64,000 bases of DNA from positions 22,322,001-22,386,000 of the forward strand of contig NC_086097.1 in the NCBI RefSeq assembly GCF_963921235.1, in the 5' to 3' direction. This document shows positions 1 to 10,926 of the stretch, one piece after another; positions within the stretch are counted from its first letter, which is position 1; each line of letters begins with the position of its first letter. The notes under the pieces were generated by a model that worked only from the letters and a program-made list of their open reading frames with translations, did not search any database and was not told the DNA's origin. The DNA comes from Mobula hypostoma (Eukaryota). Position numbers and translations under genes: made by a program.

Positions 1-165
1 TCTTATGGTTTTATAGTTTTATGGTCTTTTAGCTTACTCAAAGATTAATCTAACCGTCTCCTCCTACATAGCCCTCCATTTCTCTGTCGTAACTTGCATC
101 TATGGAAATGAATAGTCAATGATTTGTGCTGAGACCCTTCATCAGGACTTATTTATTGTTTAAAA

Positions 166-616
166 ATGCAAACACGAGAAAATCTGCAGATGCTGGAAAC
201 TCAAGCAACACACGCAAAACGCTGGTGGAACGCAGCAGGCCAAGCAGCATCTATAGGAAGAAATACAGTCGACGTTTTGGGTCGAGACCCTTTGTCAGGA
301 CTAATGGAAAAAAGAGATAGTAAGAGATTTGAAAGTGGGAGGGGGAGATCTGAAATGATAGGAGAAGACAAGAGGGAGAGGGATGAAGCCAAGAGCTGGG
401 AAGTTGTTTGGCAAAAGGGATAAGGCTGGAGAAGGGGGAGGATCATAGGACGGAAGGCCTTGGAAGAAAGAAAGGGGGAGGGGAGCACAAGAGGAAGATG
501 GAGAACAGGCAAGGAGTTATTGTGAGAGGGAAAGAGAGAAAAAAAATAAAAATTAGGGATGGAGTAAGAAGGGGAGGGGGGCATTAACCTTCTTACCCCA
601 TCCCTAGTTTTTATTT
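166..616 (-). mobile_element. Penelope-like element pseudo-LTR/3' end with short inverted arm (588-616)
   Basis: Same tail sequence as the GIY-YIG-linked copies at 47355-47735 and 55423-55824. Decayed hammerhead at 266-302. 588-616 is the approximate reverse complement of 543-571. Confidence 0.85.
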
Positions 617-1302
617 ATTTAAACAAAACAAACTGCCAGTGCAAGAACTTTCTCAGCGTTTAACATAGCAAAGAAGCATTCCCAAGTATAACATAACAAA
701 GAAGCCATTTTAATTAGCCTACACAGTAACATAAAGGACAAAACCCCCTTACAAAGCCAACACACCATATACCTTCTCAATCTCCTTAAAAGTAAGGGGA
801 AAGAGAGTGCTCTATCATGCAGCATATTCAAGGCTCCGATCAATAGCTTCTGAGATTCTAACAGTATAGAGACTGGACGAGACAGGACTTTGTCCATGAT
901 TTTATTTAGCTTTATCAGAATTTGATTTCTATTTCTTTGTTACTTCAACAGACAAAAGCAATTATTGATTATCATTTCTTGTTGCTATTGATTTGAATTT
1001 TCAGGATTACTAAATTAGAGCTTTGGAGGCAGATAATTTATCAATCACTATATATCATTCAAACCTTCATTTAATTATCTGTCAAAATGTAAATAAAGTT
1101 AGTCATTAATATATATCTTCTATGTTTTATATTATTCGAGAAAAAGAACTGAAAAAGATTGAAGATGTCCACTTCAGACTGTCAGCTCCATTTTATATCC
1201 TCTGGCCAATGATCACTTTATTATGGAATTCTGAGAATTGCTGATGGAGTTTTTCTTTTTTTCATCATTATGTAAGTGTGAGATCAAATTGACTTTTGTT
1301 AT

Positions 1303-1787
1303 ACTGACTGACCCAGGAATGAAAGGGTTAACACATGAGGAATGTGTGATGGCTCTGGACCTACACTTGCCGGAGTATAGAAGAATGAGAAGGGATCTCA
1401 TTGAAGCCTATCAAATATTGAAAGACCTAAATAGAGGGAAAGTGGAGATGATGTTTCCTGTAGTGGGAGAGTCCAGGACCAGAGGGCACTGCCTCAGAAT
1501 ACAAGGATGTCCCTTTAGAACAGGGATAAGGGGGAAGCTCCAGAAGGTGGCGAATCTGGAATTTATTGTCATATTGTCAATTTATTGTGGAGGACAAGTC
1601 ACAGGGGTATTTAAAGTGGAGTTTGATATATTCTTGATGAGTAAGGGCAACAAAAGTTGCGGGGTGAAGGCAGGTGAATGGGGCTGAGAGGGATAATAAA
1701 TCATTCTTGATGAATTGGTGGAGCAGACTCAATGGGACGAATGACTCTAATTCTGCTGTTATGTCCTCTAGTCTTATGGTTTTATGA
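1303..1787 (+). mobile_element. CR1 LINE 3' fragment (decayed)
   Basis: ORF 1238-1687 reads PGMKGL..EYRRMRRDLIEAYQILK..ESRTRGH, the CR1 ORF2 C-terminus; TCTTATGG-type tail. Confidence 0.85.
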
Positions 1788-1877
1788 CTGATAAAACTGT
1801 CTAATTTTATTGAGTGACAACACAGACTCTGAGAGAAGTGTGATGCTTTCTTTCTTCTCTTCAGTCATACCTTGTAG

Positions 1878-2690
1878 AAGATACCCTGACTGGTTGTGTC
1901 ATGGTCTGGTACAGCAATTCCAATGTGCAGCAGTGTAAGATGTAGCAGAGAGTAGTGGACTCTGTCCAATACATTGCAGGCACACCCCCCCCCCACTTCC
2001 ATCTGTGGTAACTACAGGAGGTGCTGCTTCAAGAATGCAACAGTCATCATCAAAGATCCCCAGCTATCTGGTCCATGCCGTCTTCTCACAGCAGCTATTA
2101 GGAAGAAATCCCACACCACCAGCTACTTCCCTTCGGCTCCAAGAGGACCAGAAACTTGTCGCAGGGTTTGGAGGCTTGCTGGCCTCAAAGGCCCAGAGAG
2201 CTATACTGGCTAGAGTCAGAGCCGTCTACTTTGACTCTTGGTAGAGTCACCTATTCCAAACAGGTCAAAGGGTAGAGGCCAGACTAAGAGTGGTCAACTG
2301 GTCCTCCAGGTTCAGAGGTTCAGCTCAGGACTAGCAACTCTGACTGGTCAAAAATCTTTGTTACGAAAACAGCAAGACATGGAGGACCTTCACTGCTGCC
2401 CTAAACGCCAGCAGTGTAACAGGCAGTAACGACTAACTACTTCTCTTCAATCGTTCAGTACTTAAACCATCCATTAAAACCTGAATCATTACAGTTTGGC
2501 AACACTGTGAAACACTTTGCACTAATATTGATGGGTTTTTTTGGTTCTAATTGTTTTCTTTCTCTGTATAATTAATGTATTTATGTTTTTATATGAATGT
2601 TGCTTATATGATGTTACATATCTGTGAAGCTGCTGCAAGGAAATTTTTCATTGGCCCTGTGTATGCCTATGAGAATAAGCTCAACTTTGC
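1878..2690 (+). mobile_element. Rex1/Babar LINE 3' fragment, interrupted by the 2135-2436 insert
   Basis: Degenerate LTGC..WY.N..QRVVD..IIKDP motif shared with the other Rex copies in the window. Confidence 0.7.
2135..2436 (+). mobile_element. Short non-autonomous RTE-derived retroelement with TSD
   Basis: 12-bp TSD CTACTTCCCTTC (2123-2134) / CTACTTCTCTTC (2437-2448). RTE-like 5'UTR motif (GGTCCTCCAGGTT..GACTAGCAAC..AAAA) joined to an RTE-like 3' end (TGGAGGACCTTCACTGCTGCCCTAAACGCC). Confidence 0.6.
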
Positions 2691-2852
2691 CTTCCCTTAC
2701 AACTGTTTCCATGGACCCCATGGAGTGTTATGGAGTCTTAGACTCAAAGAGATTAAAAGAGCATGGACAGGCCCTCGATTCCCCCGAGTATATACTGATT
2801 GTTGTGGTGGTGGTTGTCCATTGTGTCCGACAATGACAGGAACCAAGGCAGA

Positions 2853-3660
2853 GTTAAGTAGTTACGGCGACCAACAGCGACTCCTTCGCTTGCATCTACA
2901 AAAACAGTTCTATGTCCATCTTTAATATCTCTATTTTTCCCCTTCAGGGTCCTTTTGAAGAACCTGACCTGGAGTTACACGCTGACTACGGTTCTTTGCG
3001 GGAATGGGACCCACTCTTGGGGTTCCACAATCGGCCACTATTTGGCATGCCAAAGGCTTGGCCTAAGATTTCGGCTTGGATTCAGAAGCCTGGGATCTCA
3101 AGGAAATGGAGACGGGCAGATCAAGGGTCGGTGTCGCCACAGGAGGCCCGTGTGTCGTTGGGGGAGTCGGAACATCTGCTGTGTACCTGGGAACCCGGGA
3201 TCTTTGTGATCTTCAGGCACGCAGCTCAAAAAAAGTGACGTTTCGGACTTTTAACGTCATAAACCTGTGAGTTGTTCGTTATGTCTCCCCACTCATTGGA
3301 AAATGGAGTCACCTCTTTCTCCCTTATTAGGTAGAGAAGCCTGCAGCATGTCAGATTATCCGGTGAACAATGTAGTATTTGGGGTAACTGCAAGTCTGTG
3401 TCTTTGCTATTGCTCTGCTCCCGCTTGAGTGCTGGTAGCGGGTGCACTTTATTTTTGCCAGTAGGGGGAGGGGGATTGTTGATCGCTGCTGCTTACATGA
3501 GGGAGAGAGGGGAGCTGGGGCGGGGGACTTTGGGGTTCTAACATTTAACTGTCCTTCATTCTTGGGGCACTCCTCTGTTTTTGTGGATGGTTGTGAAGAA
3601 AAAGCATTTCAAGATGTGTATTGTAGACATTTCTCTGACATTAAATTGTACCTTTGAACC
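2853..3660 (+). mobile_element. Unclassified non-coding interspersed repeat with LINE (Rex/L2-like) tail
   Basis: No credible ORF; ends in GTATTGTAGACATTTCTCTGACATTAAATTGTACCTTTGAACC, resembling the Rex-type tails elsewhere in the window. Family assignment is from pattern only. Confidence 0.4.
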
Positions 3661-4143
3661 TACGTGAAAGAGTTTGTAAAGTGGAAAAGTCATCGCACTG
3701 GGGCAGTTCCACTCTCACTCAGAAGTCATGGTCCAGTGGTACAAGCAAGTGTCACAAACTGGGGTCTTCCTTGGCTGCAGTGGATGACCGTGACATCTTC
3801 TATGCCTTCTTTTGCCTTTTGTTCTCTGTGGAGCGTTGTAGTACCGCCTTGCTGGCTGTTGGATCTCATCCACCCAGTCTGCCAGAGCTGACTTCACATG
3901 CTAGGACAGGCATGTCCCTATCTCATGCGGGTATGGGACCACCTCACGTCACCTGGTTTCACCCGCATATCGAAGCAGTGTACCAGGGTGTGGTCAATGG
4001 TACTTGCAAACAGCTACTTGGAGCCACAGGTGGGAGATGAGTGTCCAGTGGGGACCAAAGGTGAGTGAGCTGCCTCAGAATGGACACGACCTGCCCCTTC
4101 ACCAGTGGTGCTACCCCTTCCGAGACACCCAGTCACCTAGTTA

Positions 4144-4278
4144 CAAACAGGAGAAAATCTGCAGATGATGGAAATCCAAGCAACCCACACACAGAGTGCT
4201 GGAGGAACTCAGCGCTCCATGCAGCATCTCTGGAAAAAAGTACAGTCAACGTTTCGGGCTGAGACCCTTCAGCAAGAC
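4144..4278 (-). mobile_element. Penelope-derived tail copy (hammerhead core mutated)
   Basis: AAATCTGCAGATG..GGAGGAACTCAGC..CAGTCAACGTTTCGGGCTGAGACCCTTC. Confidence 0.8.
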
Positions 4279-4394
4279 AGGTTACAGCATTCCTATATAC
4301 TAATCCTTCTCTAAATACATGTATTCCCATCAATTCCCTCTGGATTCTATCACCCATTTTTCCTCTTAGGACAATTCAAAGCAGTTTGCTATGC

Positions 4395-4512
4395 TGACAA
4401 CCCAGGAGTTTCTGGTATGGAACTGAAACGCCCTGAGGAAACCCACACGATTTAATGGGGATCATGCAAACTCCATGCAGACAGCACCTGAGGTCAGGAT
4501 TGGACCCAGGTC
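4395..4512 (-). mobile_element. V-SINE-like (HE1-type) SINE fragment
   Basis: Reverse complement GACCTGGGTCCAATCCTGACCTCAGGTGCTGTCTGCATGGAGTTTGCATG..GTGGGTTTCCTCAGGG gives a B-box region plus V-domain-like core. Confidence 0.6.
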
Positions 4513-4542
4513 AACAATTCAGCAACAGCTTCTTCTCCTCTG

Positions 4543-4676
4543 CAAACAAGAGAAAATCTGCAGATGCTGGAAATCCAAAGCAACTACACACAAAATACTG
4601 GAGGAACTCAACAGGCCAGGCAGCATCTAAGAAAAGAGTGCAGTCGACATTTCAGGCTAAAACCTTTTGGCAGACT
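4543..4676 (-). mobile_element. Penelope-derived tail copy inserted in a Rex 3' tail (host continues to ~4910)
   Basis: Tail sequence flanked by degenerate repeats CTTCTCCTCTGC / CTTTTCCTTTGC. Confidence 0.7.
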
Positions 4677-5315
4677 TTTCCTTTGCTATCGGATTTCTGA
4701 ATGGACATTGAACTCCTGAACACTACCTCACTACTTTTTTATTTCTACTTTTGCACTACCTATTTAACTATTGAAAATATATATATACTTACTGTAATTC
4801 ACAGTTCTTTTCTCTGAGTTATCATGTATTGCATTGTATTGGTGCCGCAAAGTCAACAAGTTTCACGACATATGCCTGTGATATTAAACCTGATTGTGAT
4901 TCTGCATCTGAAATGTGGGGCAGTAGATGGGTGAGCCACTGTGCAGGTGGGAAGTGAGAAAGCCGCTGTGTCCCAAAGATAAACCTTCCTGTGGAATCAG
5001 AAGGAGTCCCATCACTCCTCGCAACCACAAGGAACTCCCTCCCCCCCAAAGCAGACTTACCCCGGGGCTTTGCTTGAGATGGTAGCTGCCACTAGTAATG
5101 TAACTGAGTTCCAAGCATCATGTCCACTGATAGTGGGTCCTCTTGTTTCAGAACACTGCTTTCATCCTGCTGAGTATGATCACTATCAATGAACCCAAAG
5201 CATATCAGTGTGGATGTAGGGACAGGAGACAGTTCACTGTTTCCATTCATGCTGAAAGTAGCAATACCACAGAATGTTTTGATGTCATATGGCTAACGCA
5301 GGGGTTTCCAACTTG

Positions 5316-5810
5316 GCAACACTCATCAAAGTTGCTGGTGAACGCAGCGGGCCAGGCAGCATCTCTAGGAAGAGGTGCAGTCGACGTTTCAGGCCGAGAC
5401 CCTTTGTCAGGACTAACTGAAGGAAGAGTGAGTAAGAGATTTGAAAGTGGGAGGGGGAGGGGGAGATCCAAAATGATAGGAGGAGACAGGAGGGGGAGGG
5501 ATGGAGCCAAGAACTGGACAGGTGATTGGCAAAGGGGATGTGAGAGGATCATGGGACAGGAGGCCTAAGGAGAAAGAAAAGGGGGAGGGGGGAAAAACCC
5601 AGAGGATGGGCAAGGGGTATAGTGAGAGGGATAGAGGGAGAAAAAGGAGAGAGAGAAAAAGAATGTGTGTATATAAATAAATAACGGATGGGGTACGAGG
5701 GGGAGGTGGGGCATTAGCGGAAGTTTGAGAAGTCAATGTTCATGCCATCAGGTTGGAGGCTACCCAGACGGAATATAAGGTGTTGTTCCTCCAACCTGAG
5801 TGTGGCTTCA
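5316..5810 (-). mobile_element. Penelope-like element 3' end (last GIY-YIG codons plus pseudo-LTR)
   Basis: Minus strand encodes EATLRLEEQHLIFRLGSLQPDGMNIDFSNFR*, followed by the pLTR. Hammerhead at 5378-5414 has CTGACAA (G8 lost). Confidence 0.9.
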
Positions 5811-6126
5811 TGTAATGTTTATATGTTATGCTGTGAGGTTTCAGCTGGGACATTTAGAACCAGAGGTCAGCATCTCAAAAATAAGGGGTCACCCATACAG
5901 GGCATGAGAAATGTCTGCATCCAAGTGGCAGTGAATCCTTGGAATTCTCTACCCAAGGAGACTCATTTTCTGAGCGAGAGAGAGCAATAGATTTTCAGAT
6001 ATTAGAAGGATCAGGGGATGTGGGATTTGTGCGGGGAAGAACCCATCTTCTTACTGAATGGCAGAGCGGGCATGAGGGCTGAATGTTCGACTCCGGCTTC
6101 CTCCCCAAAGCAACATGGATCTACCT

Positions 6127-6237
6127 GCAACACTCAGAAAATGCTGGTGGAATACAGCAGGCCAGGCAGCATCTATGGGAAGAGGCACAGTCGACGTTTT
6201 GGGCTGAGACACTTTGTCAGGACTCACCTCCGTATCA
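6127..6237 (-). mobile_element. 111-bp Penelope-derived mini-element
   Basis: Perfect 10-bp TSD GGATCTACCT (6117-6126 / 6238-6247); contains little more than the decayed hammerhead and the tail. Confidence 0.8.
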
Positions 6238-6309
6238 GGATCTACCTCCCTACAGTATGATCAGAATTGCTTGATCTGAAATAGAAAAGCTTGGTATCTT
6301 ATTCTCAGT

Positions 6310-6960
6310 GATCTCTTCATAATTCCTTGAAAGTGGCATCACAGGCAAATAGGACCATTAATTTCCTTATACAGATTGGCTTTTATAAATCAGATTATGA
6401 GTGCAGGAGTTAGGATGTTGTGTAGAAGTTGTAAAAGACATTGGTAAGTCTTCATTTGGAATATTGTGTGCAGTTCTGGTCTCCTACCTACAGAAGAGAT
6501 GTTAATAAGATTGAAGTAGTACAGAGAAAACGTACAAGGATGTTGCCGGGTCTTGAGGACCTTAGCTTTAGGGAAAGGTTGAATAGATTTATTCCCTGCA
6601 GCAGAGGAGAATGAAGAGAGATTTGATGGAGGTAGAGAAAATCATGAGGGGTATAGACAGGGTAAATGCAAGCAGGGAAAATGAGTGGGAACCTCTTCAC
6701 TTAGAGGGTGGTGAGTGTGTGAAACGATTTGTGGTGGATGTGGGTTTGATTTCAGCCTCAAGAGAAATTTGGATAAATAAATGGATGAGAGGGCTATGGA
6801 GGGCTATGTTTCAGATACAGGTCAACGCACTAGGTAGAATAACAGTTTGGCCCAAGCTATAAGACCATAAAACACAGGAGTAGCATTAGACCATTCAGTC
6901 TACTCCAACATTGCATAATCAATAGATGGGCTGAATGGCCTGTTTCTGTGCTGTTGTGAC
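6310..6960 (+). mobile_element. CR1 LINE 3' fragment
   Basis: HLEYCVQFWSP and RDLMEVEKIMRGIDRVN motifs. Confidence 0.85.
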
Positions 6961-7906
6961 TATAACTTCATGATTTTATGGTTTTGGTGAGCCATCAGGC
7001 TCTTCATTTCCCATGGGCTAGAGATCATGACTTTTAATCCCCAAGACAGAACATGAGTTTATCTTGATGGATCCTTCACCACAAGGAGCGGGAATGCTGC
7101 TCTGTTGGATGTAAATCATTTATCTGGGACACCAGACTAAGTGGATGTTAAATATTCCAGAGTGTTTCTCAGAACAGAGCAGATGACATTGTCAGCCAAC
7201 TCCTGTACATTTGAATTGTCATACCAGACATTGATACAACCTGTAAAGATACTTTCAACAGGGAGACATGGAACAGGAGCAAGAATGCACCCCACCTCCC
7301 TCAGAGCCTGTTCTGTCATTGAATAAAATCAGACAGTTTCTGTCAGTCAGCCTAACAAAGGTCAATTTCACCTCACACTCACACAGTGACAAAAAAAAAC
7401 CCATCAGCAATAATCAGATTTCCTTAATAAAGTAACTATTGGCCAGAGCATTTACTATACAATGGAGCAGACAGCTGAGGTGGAAACCTTTTGTCTTTGT
7501 CAGTTCTTTTCTTTAATGAATTGAACGCCACTGTCAAATGAACAGAATAATTTAAAACGTGGAAGATTTATATCTTTGGGACTTGCGGACCTGAGTTGCA
7601 GGGAAAGCATTTTGACAGATAATGACCTGCCAGGCATTTCTTCCTGCTCTGCTTTTTGCATCTTTCCCATCCCCTGCCCTCTCTGTCTATCCATAATCCA
7701 CGTGTTCCTCCTTCCAGTTCCCCTTCTCACCTCCTTACCATTATTCCACAGTCTTCTGTCCTCTGTTCCCTTTATTCCATGTTCCACTAGCCTCTCCAAT
7801 CAGATTCCACTTTCTTCAGCTCTTTGTCACCTCCACCTATCACCTCACATCCAGGCTACTTACATCATTCCCACACTCCTTCTTCCTCATCTACCTATCT
7901 TCACCC

Positions 7907-8837
7907 TGTTACGTACCCCGTAACTGGGTTGCCAAACCAGCAGAAATGGATCACTCAGTTGGAGTCTGGATTACTGGAACTAAGAAAGTTTTATTAAAGA
8001 AATAAGCAACACAGTACTCTAATAGTAAGGATATAAATGCAACAGGTTAGCAATGAATAAACACACATGTACACAGATCTAGGATAATAGGATCAATCAA
8101 GCTCTATCGTCGTCTAGGGGTAAATGACCAGTTTCAAAGTGACGCAAAGTTCAGTTAAATAGAGTTCAGTTCAGTTCACAGTAATCACTGCCGTGCGGTG
8201 GACGGTGGACGGGGGGGAAGGAGAGAGAGTGCGAAAGCGAATGAATATTCAAAACGGCTTCCATACAGACCTTCGATATTCCTCTCAGTCAGCTTTCGGG
8301 CGAGCCCTTTGTAATGTCTTCTGAGGTCACCGACTGTGACCCCTCCGTTTCAGATACGATCGTTCCTCTGCAGTGAACCTGGCACCCAAGCAAGGGCGGA
8401 CACACACCAGGTTCCCGCTGATCGTACCTTTCCACCCTGTGTGTCTATGGCTTGGTCCTGCGACCAGCCCTCCAAAACTCCCACCGACTTGTGGGAGACG
8501 CACCGCTTCCAGGGTCTCGTTACCTCGGGGTGTCGTGTGTGTCCTGCCTTAGCGAACCTGTCCCTTTTTATCCCCCTGCTGGGGTATCGCCTGTCCATCA
8601 CACTTCAAACAGTTCAGGGTTCAAAAAGGAGCCGATCTTGACAGCTCTCAGACCGTGTCTCCTTCCGTTAAACTCTCCCGTCTCTTCATTAACATTTCCA
8701 AATGCTGCTCCATTGTCTTCCTTATCTCTCTTTCTCCTGAAGACAGGTGGCAGATCAACTGTTGATCCCACTGGTGCCAGCACAGGACAGTTAACATCTT
8801 AATCTATGTGTACTCTTTGTAACCCTCTTTCGTCACA
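7907..8837 (-). mobile_element. Solo LTR (931 bp), Gypsy-like
   Basis: TGTTACG...CGTCACA termini; 4-bp TSD ACCC (7903-7906 / 8838-8841); AATAAA on the - strand near 7990. Inserted in an older Penelope tail. Confidence 0.85.
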
Positions 8838-8979
8838 ACCCTCACCTGGATCCACTTATCTCCCACCAGCTCTTGCTTCAACACCCACATACCCCACCCC
8901 ATCTTTTTTATACTGACTATCTTCCTCTTTCTTTCCAGTCCAGATGAAGAGTCTTAAGTCTCAGCCCTGAATATTCACA

Positions 8980-9336
8980 AACAACAGGAATTCTGCAGAT
9001 GCTGGAAATTCAAGCAACACACATAAAAGTTGCTGGTGAATGCAGCAGGCCAGGCAGCATCTCTAGGAAGAGATGCAGTCGACGTTTCAGGCCGAGACCC
9101 TTCGTCAGGACTAACTGAAGGAAGAGTGAGTAAGGGATTTGAAAGTTGGAGGGGGAGGGGGAGATCCAAAATGATAGGAGAAGACAGTAGGGGGAGGGAT
9201 GGAGCCAAGAGCTGGACAGGTGATAGGCAAAAGGGATACGAGAGCATCATGGGACAGGAGGTCCGGGAAGAAAGACAAGGCGGGGGGGGGGACCCAGAGG
9301 AAGGGCAAGGGGTATATTCAGAGGGACAGAGGGAAA
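8980..9336 (-). mobile_element. Penelope pseudo-LTR copy
   Basis: Tail plus pLTR, flanked by ATTCACA (8973-8979 / 9337-9343). Confidence 0.85.
9076..9113 (-). ncRNA. Minimal type-I hammerhead ribozyme motif (core intact)
   Basis: Minus strand reads TAGTC CTGACGA AGGGTCTCGGCCT GAA ACGT C GACTG. Confidence 0.75.
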
Positions 9337-9759
9337 ATTCACAGTCCATTTCCTTTCCCGGGTGCTGCCTGCCCCATGAGATATCCAGCATAATTCCAGA
9401 GTTCCAATATCTTCCGCCTCCCTGCTTTTGTATTTAGATTCAGATGGAGATTTATGTATTTATCACATGTACGTTGAAACATACAATGAAAGATTTCATT
9501 TGCATTAACAACCAACACACCTATGGATGTCCTGGTGGCAACCCAAAGCATTCCCACGCTTTCCGGTGCCAACATAAAATGCCTGTAATGCTCAGCAGGA
9601 TAACAATGAAAACAAAGCAAGCCCCGAAACTCCCTACCAATGCTTACACACTCACCATGCTCCAACCCCAGGACGGGCTGTCTTCAGTCTCCTCCCTCCT
9701 CCAATCCCCAGCAGACGTGTGGATTCGCTAACCGGTACACTACCACCATGATAAAGTAA

Positions 9760-10400
9760 GTGGTGGTTAGAGCAATGCTATTACAGCTCAGGAGTGTTCA
9801 ATTCCAGCATCCTCTGTAAGAATCTGTGTGCATGGGTTTCCTCTGGGTACTCCGGTTTCATCCCACAGTCCAAAGATGTACCAGTCACTAGGTTAATTGG
9901 TCATTGTAAATTGTCCTGTGATTCTTCATCATCGTTACGTGCCGTGTCGTATGACGCGGGCGATCATGGTCCCATGATCATGCTTTTTACTGGCAAATCT
10001 TTCTACGGAGGTGTTTTGCCGTTGCCTTCTTCCGGGCTGTGTCTGGTACAAGAAGGATGACCCCAGTCATTATCAATACTCTTCAGAGATTGTCCGTCTG
10101 GCTTCGGTGATCACATAACCAGGACTTGTGATGTGCACCAGCTGCTCGTACGACCATCCGCCACCTGCTCCCATGGCTTCATGTGGCTCTGACCAGGGGG
10201 CTAAGTAGGTGCTACACCTCACCCAAGGGTGACCCGCAGGCTGGAGGAGGGAAAGGGCACATTACACCTCCTTTGGTAGAGATGTATCTCCACTCCACTA
10301 TCTCGTCCTGGGACTAGAGCTAAACCAACGGGTGGTTGAGTGGTGCGATTTGGTGGGCTGGAAGGGCCTACTCTGTGTTGTATCTTTAAATAAATAAATA
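9760..10400 (+). mobile_element. V-SINE-like SINE split by a nested RTE-derived element
   Basis: GTTCAATTCC..TGGGTTTCCTCTGGGTACTCCGGTTTCATCCCACAGTCCAAAGA core; 3' part at 10300-10400 ends in (TAAA)n. Confidence 0.65.
9923..10300 (-). mobile_element. Non-autonomous RTE/BovB-related short element
   Basis: Minus strand GGAAGAAGGCAACGGCAAAACACCTCCGTAG..TTGCC (BovA-like motif), ending GACACGGCACGTAACGATGATGAAG; degenerate GTCCTGTGA / GTCCTGGGA flanks. Confidence 0.55.
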
Positions 10401-10926
10401 AATTGGGTGCACAGCCATCGAACCTCAACTTCTGGACTTCCGAATAACTTTTCGAGCTTTGATCTTTGCTATCGACCCCAGGACTCGCTGATACAAATGA
10501 ATGAGGACTCAGAATGAGAATGCCTTGCATTACATCTCCAACTCTGGTCTCCCTGATTCACGTACCTTGGGGGGCACCGTCACTGTGCCTCCTGCCCCCA
10601 TGGAACTCTGATCCTGGAACCCATTGCTGACTCACTAAGCTGGTGGGGCCACCGGCCCTTGTCCTCACTGGTCTGCTGGTCTGCTGGCCCAACATCCAAC
10701 CATACAGGTCCTTCACTCCAGCTCCACATTACTGGCCTTCAAACGCGGATCGGAGACCGAGACTCCGGCCTGACCTGCAACTCCCCCACATCCCAGTACC
10801 TAAACCCTGGTCTTGTGTTGTTCTGCAGAATCTTGTGTACATGTTACGTTGGCACAGAAATGTGAGGCTACACGTGTGGGCTGACCCCGACATACCCTTG
10901 GGTGAGTTAGTTGTGAATGCAAATGA

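Noticed and set aside
619..897. Minus-strand helical-looking ORF (MDKVLSRPVSILLESQKLL..) as an exon
   Set aside because: No pyrimidine-rich acceptor in frame, no recognisable homology, and the apparent donor region resembles a CR1 remnant.
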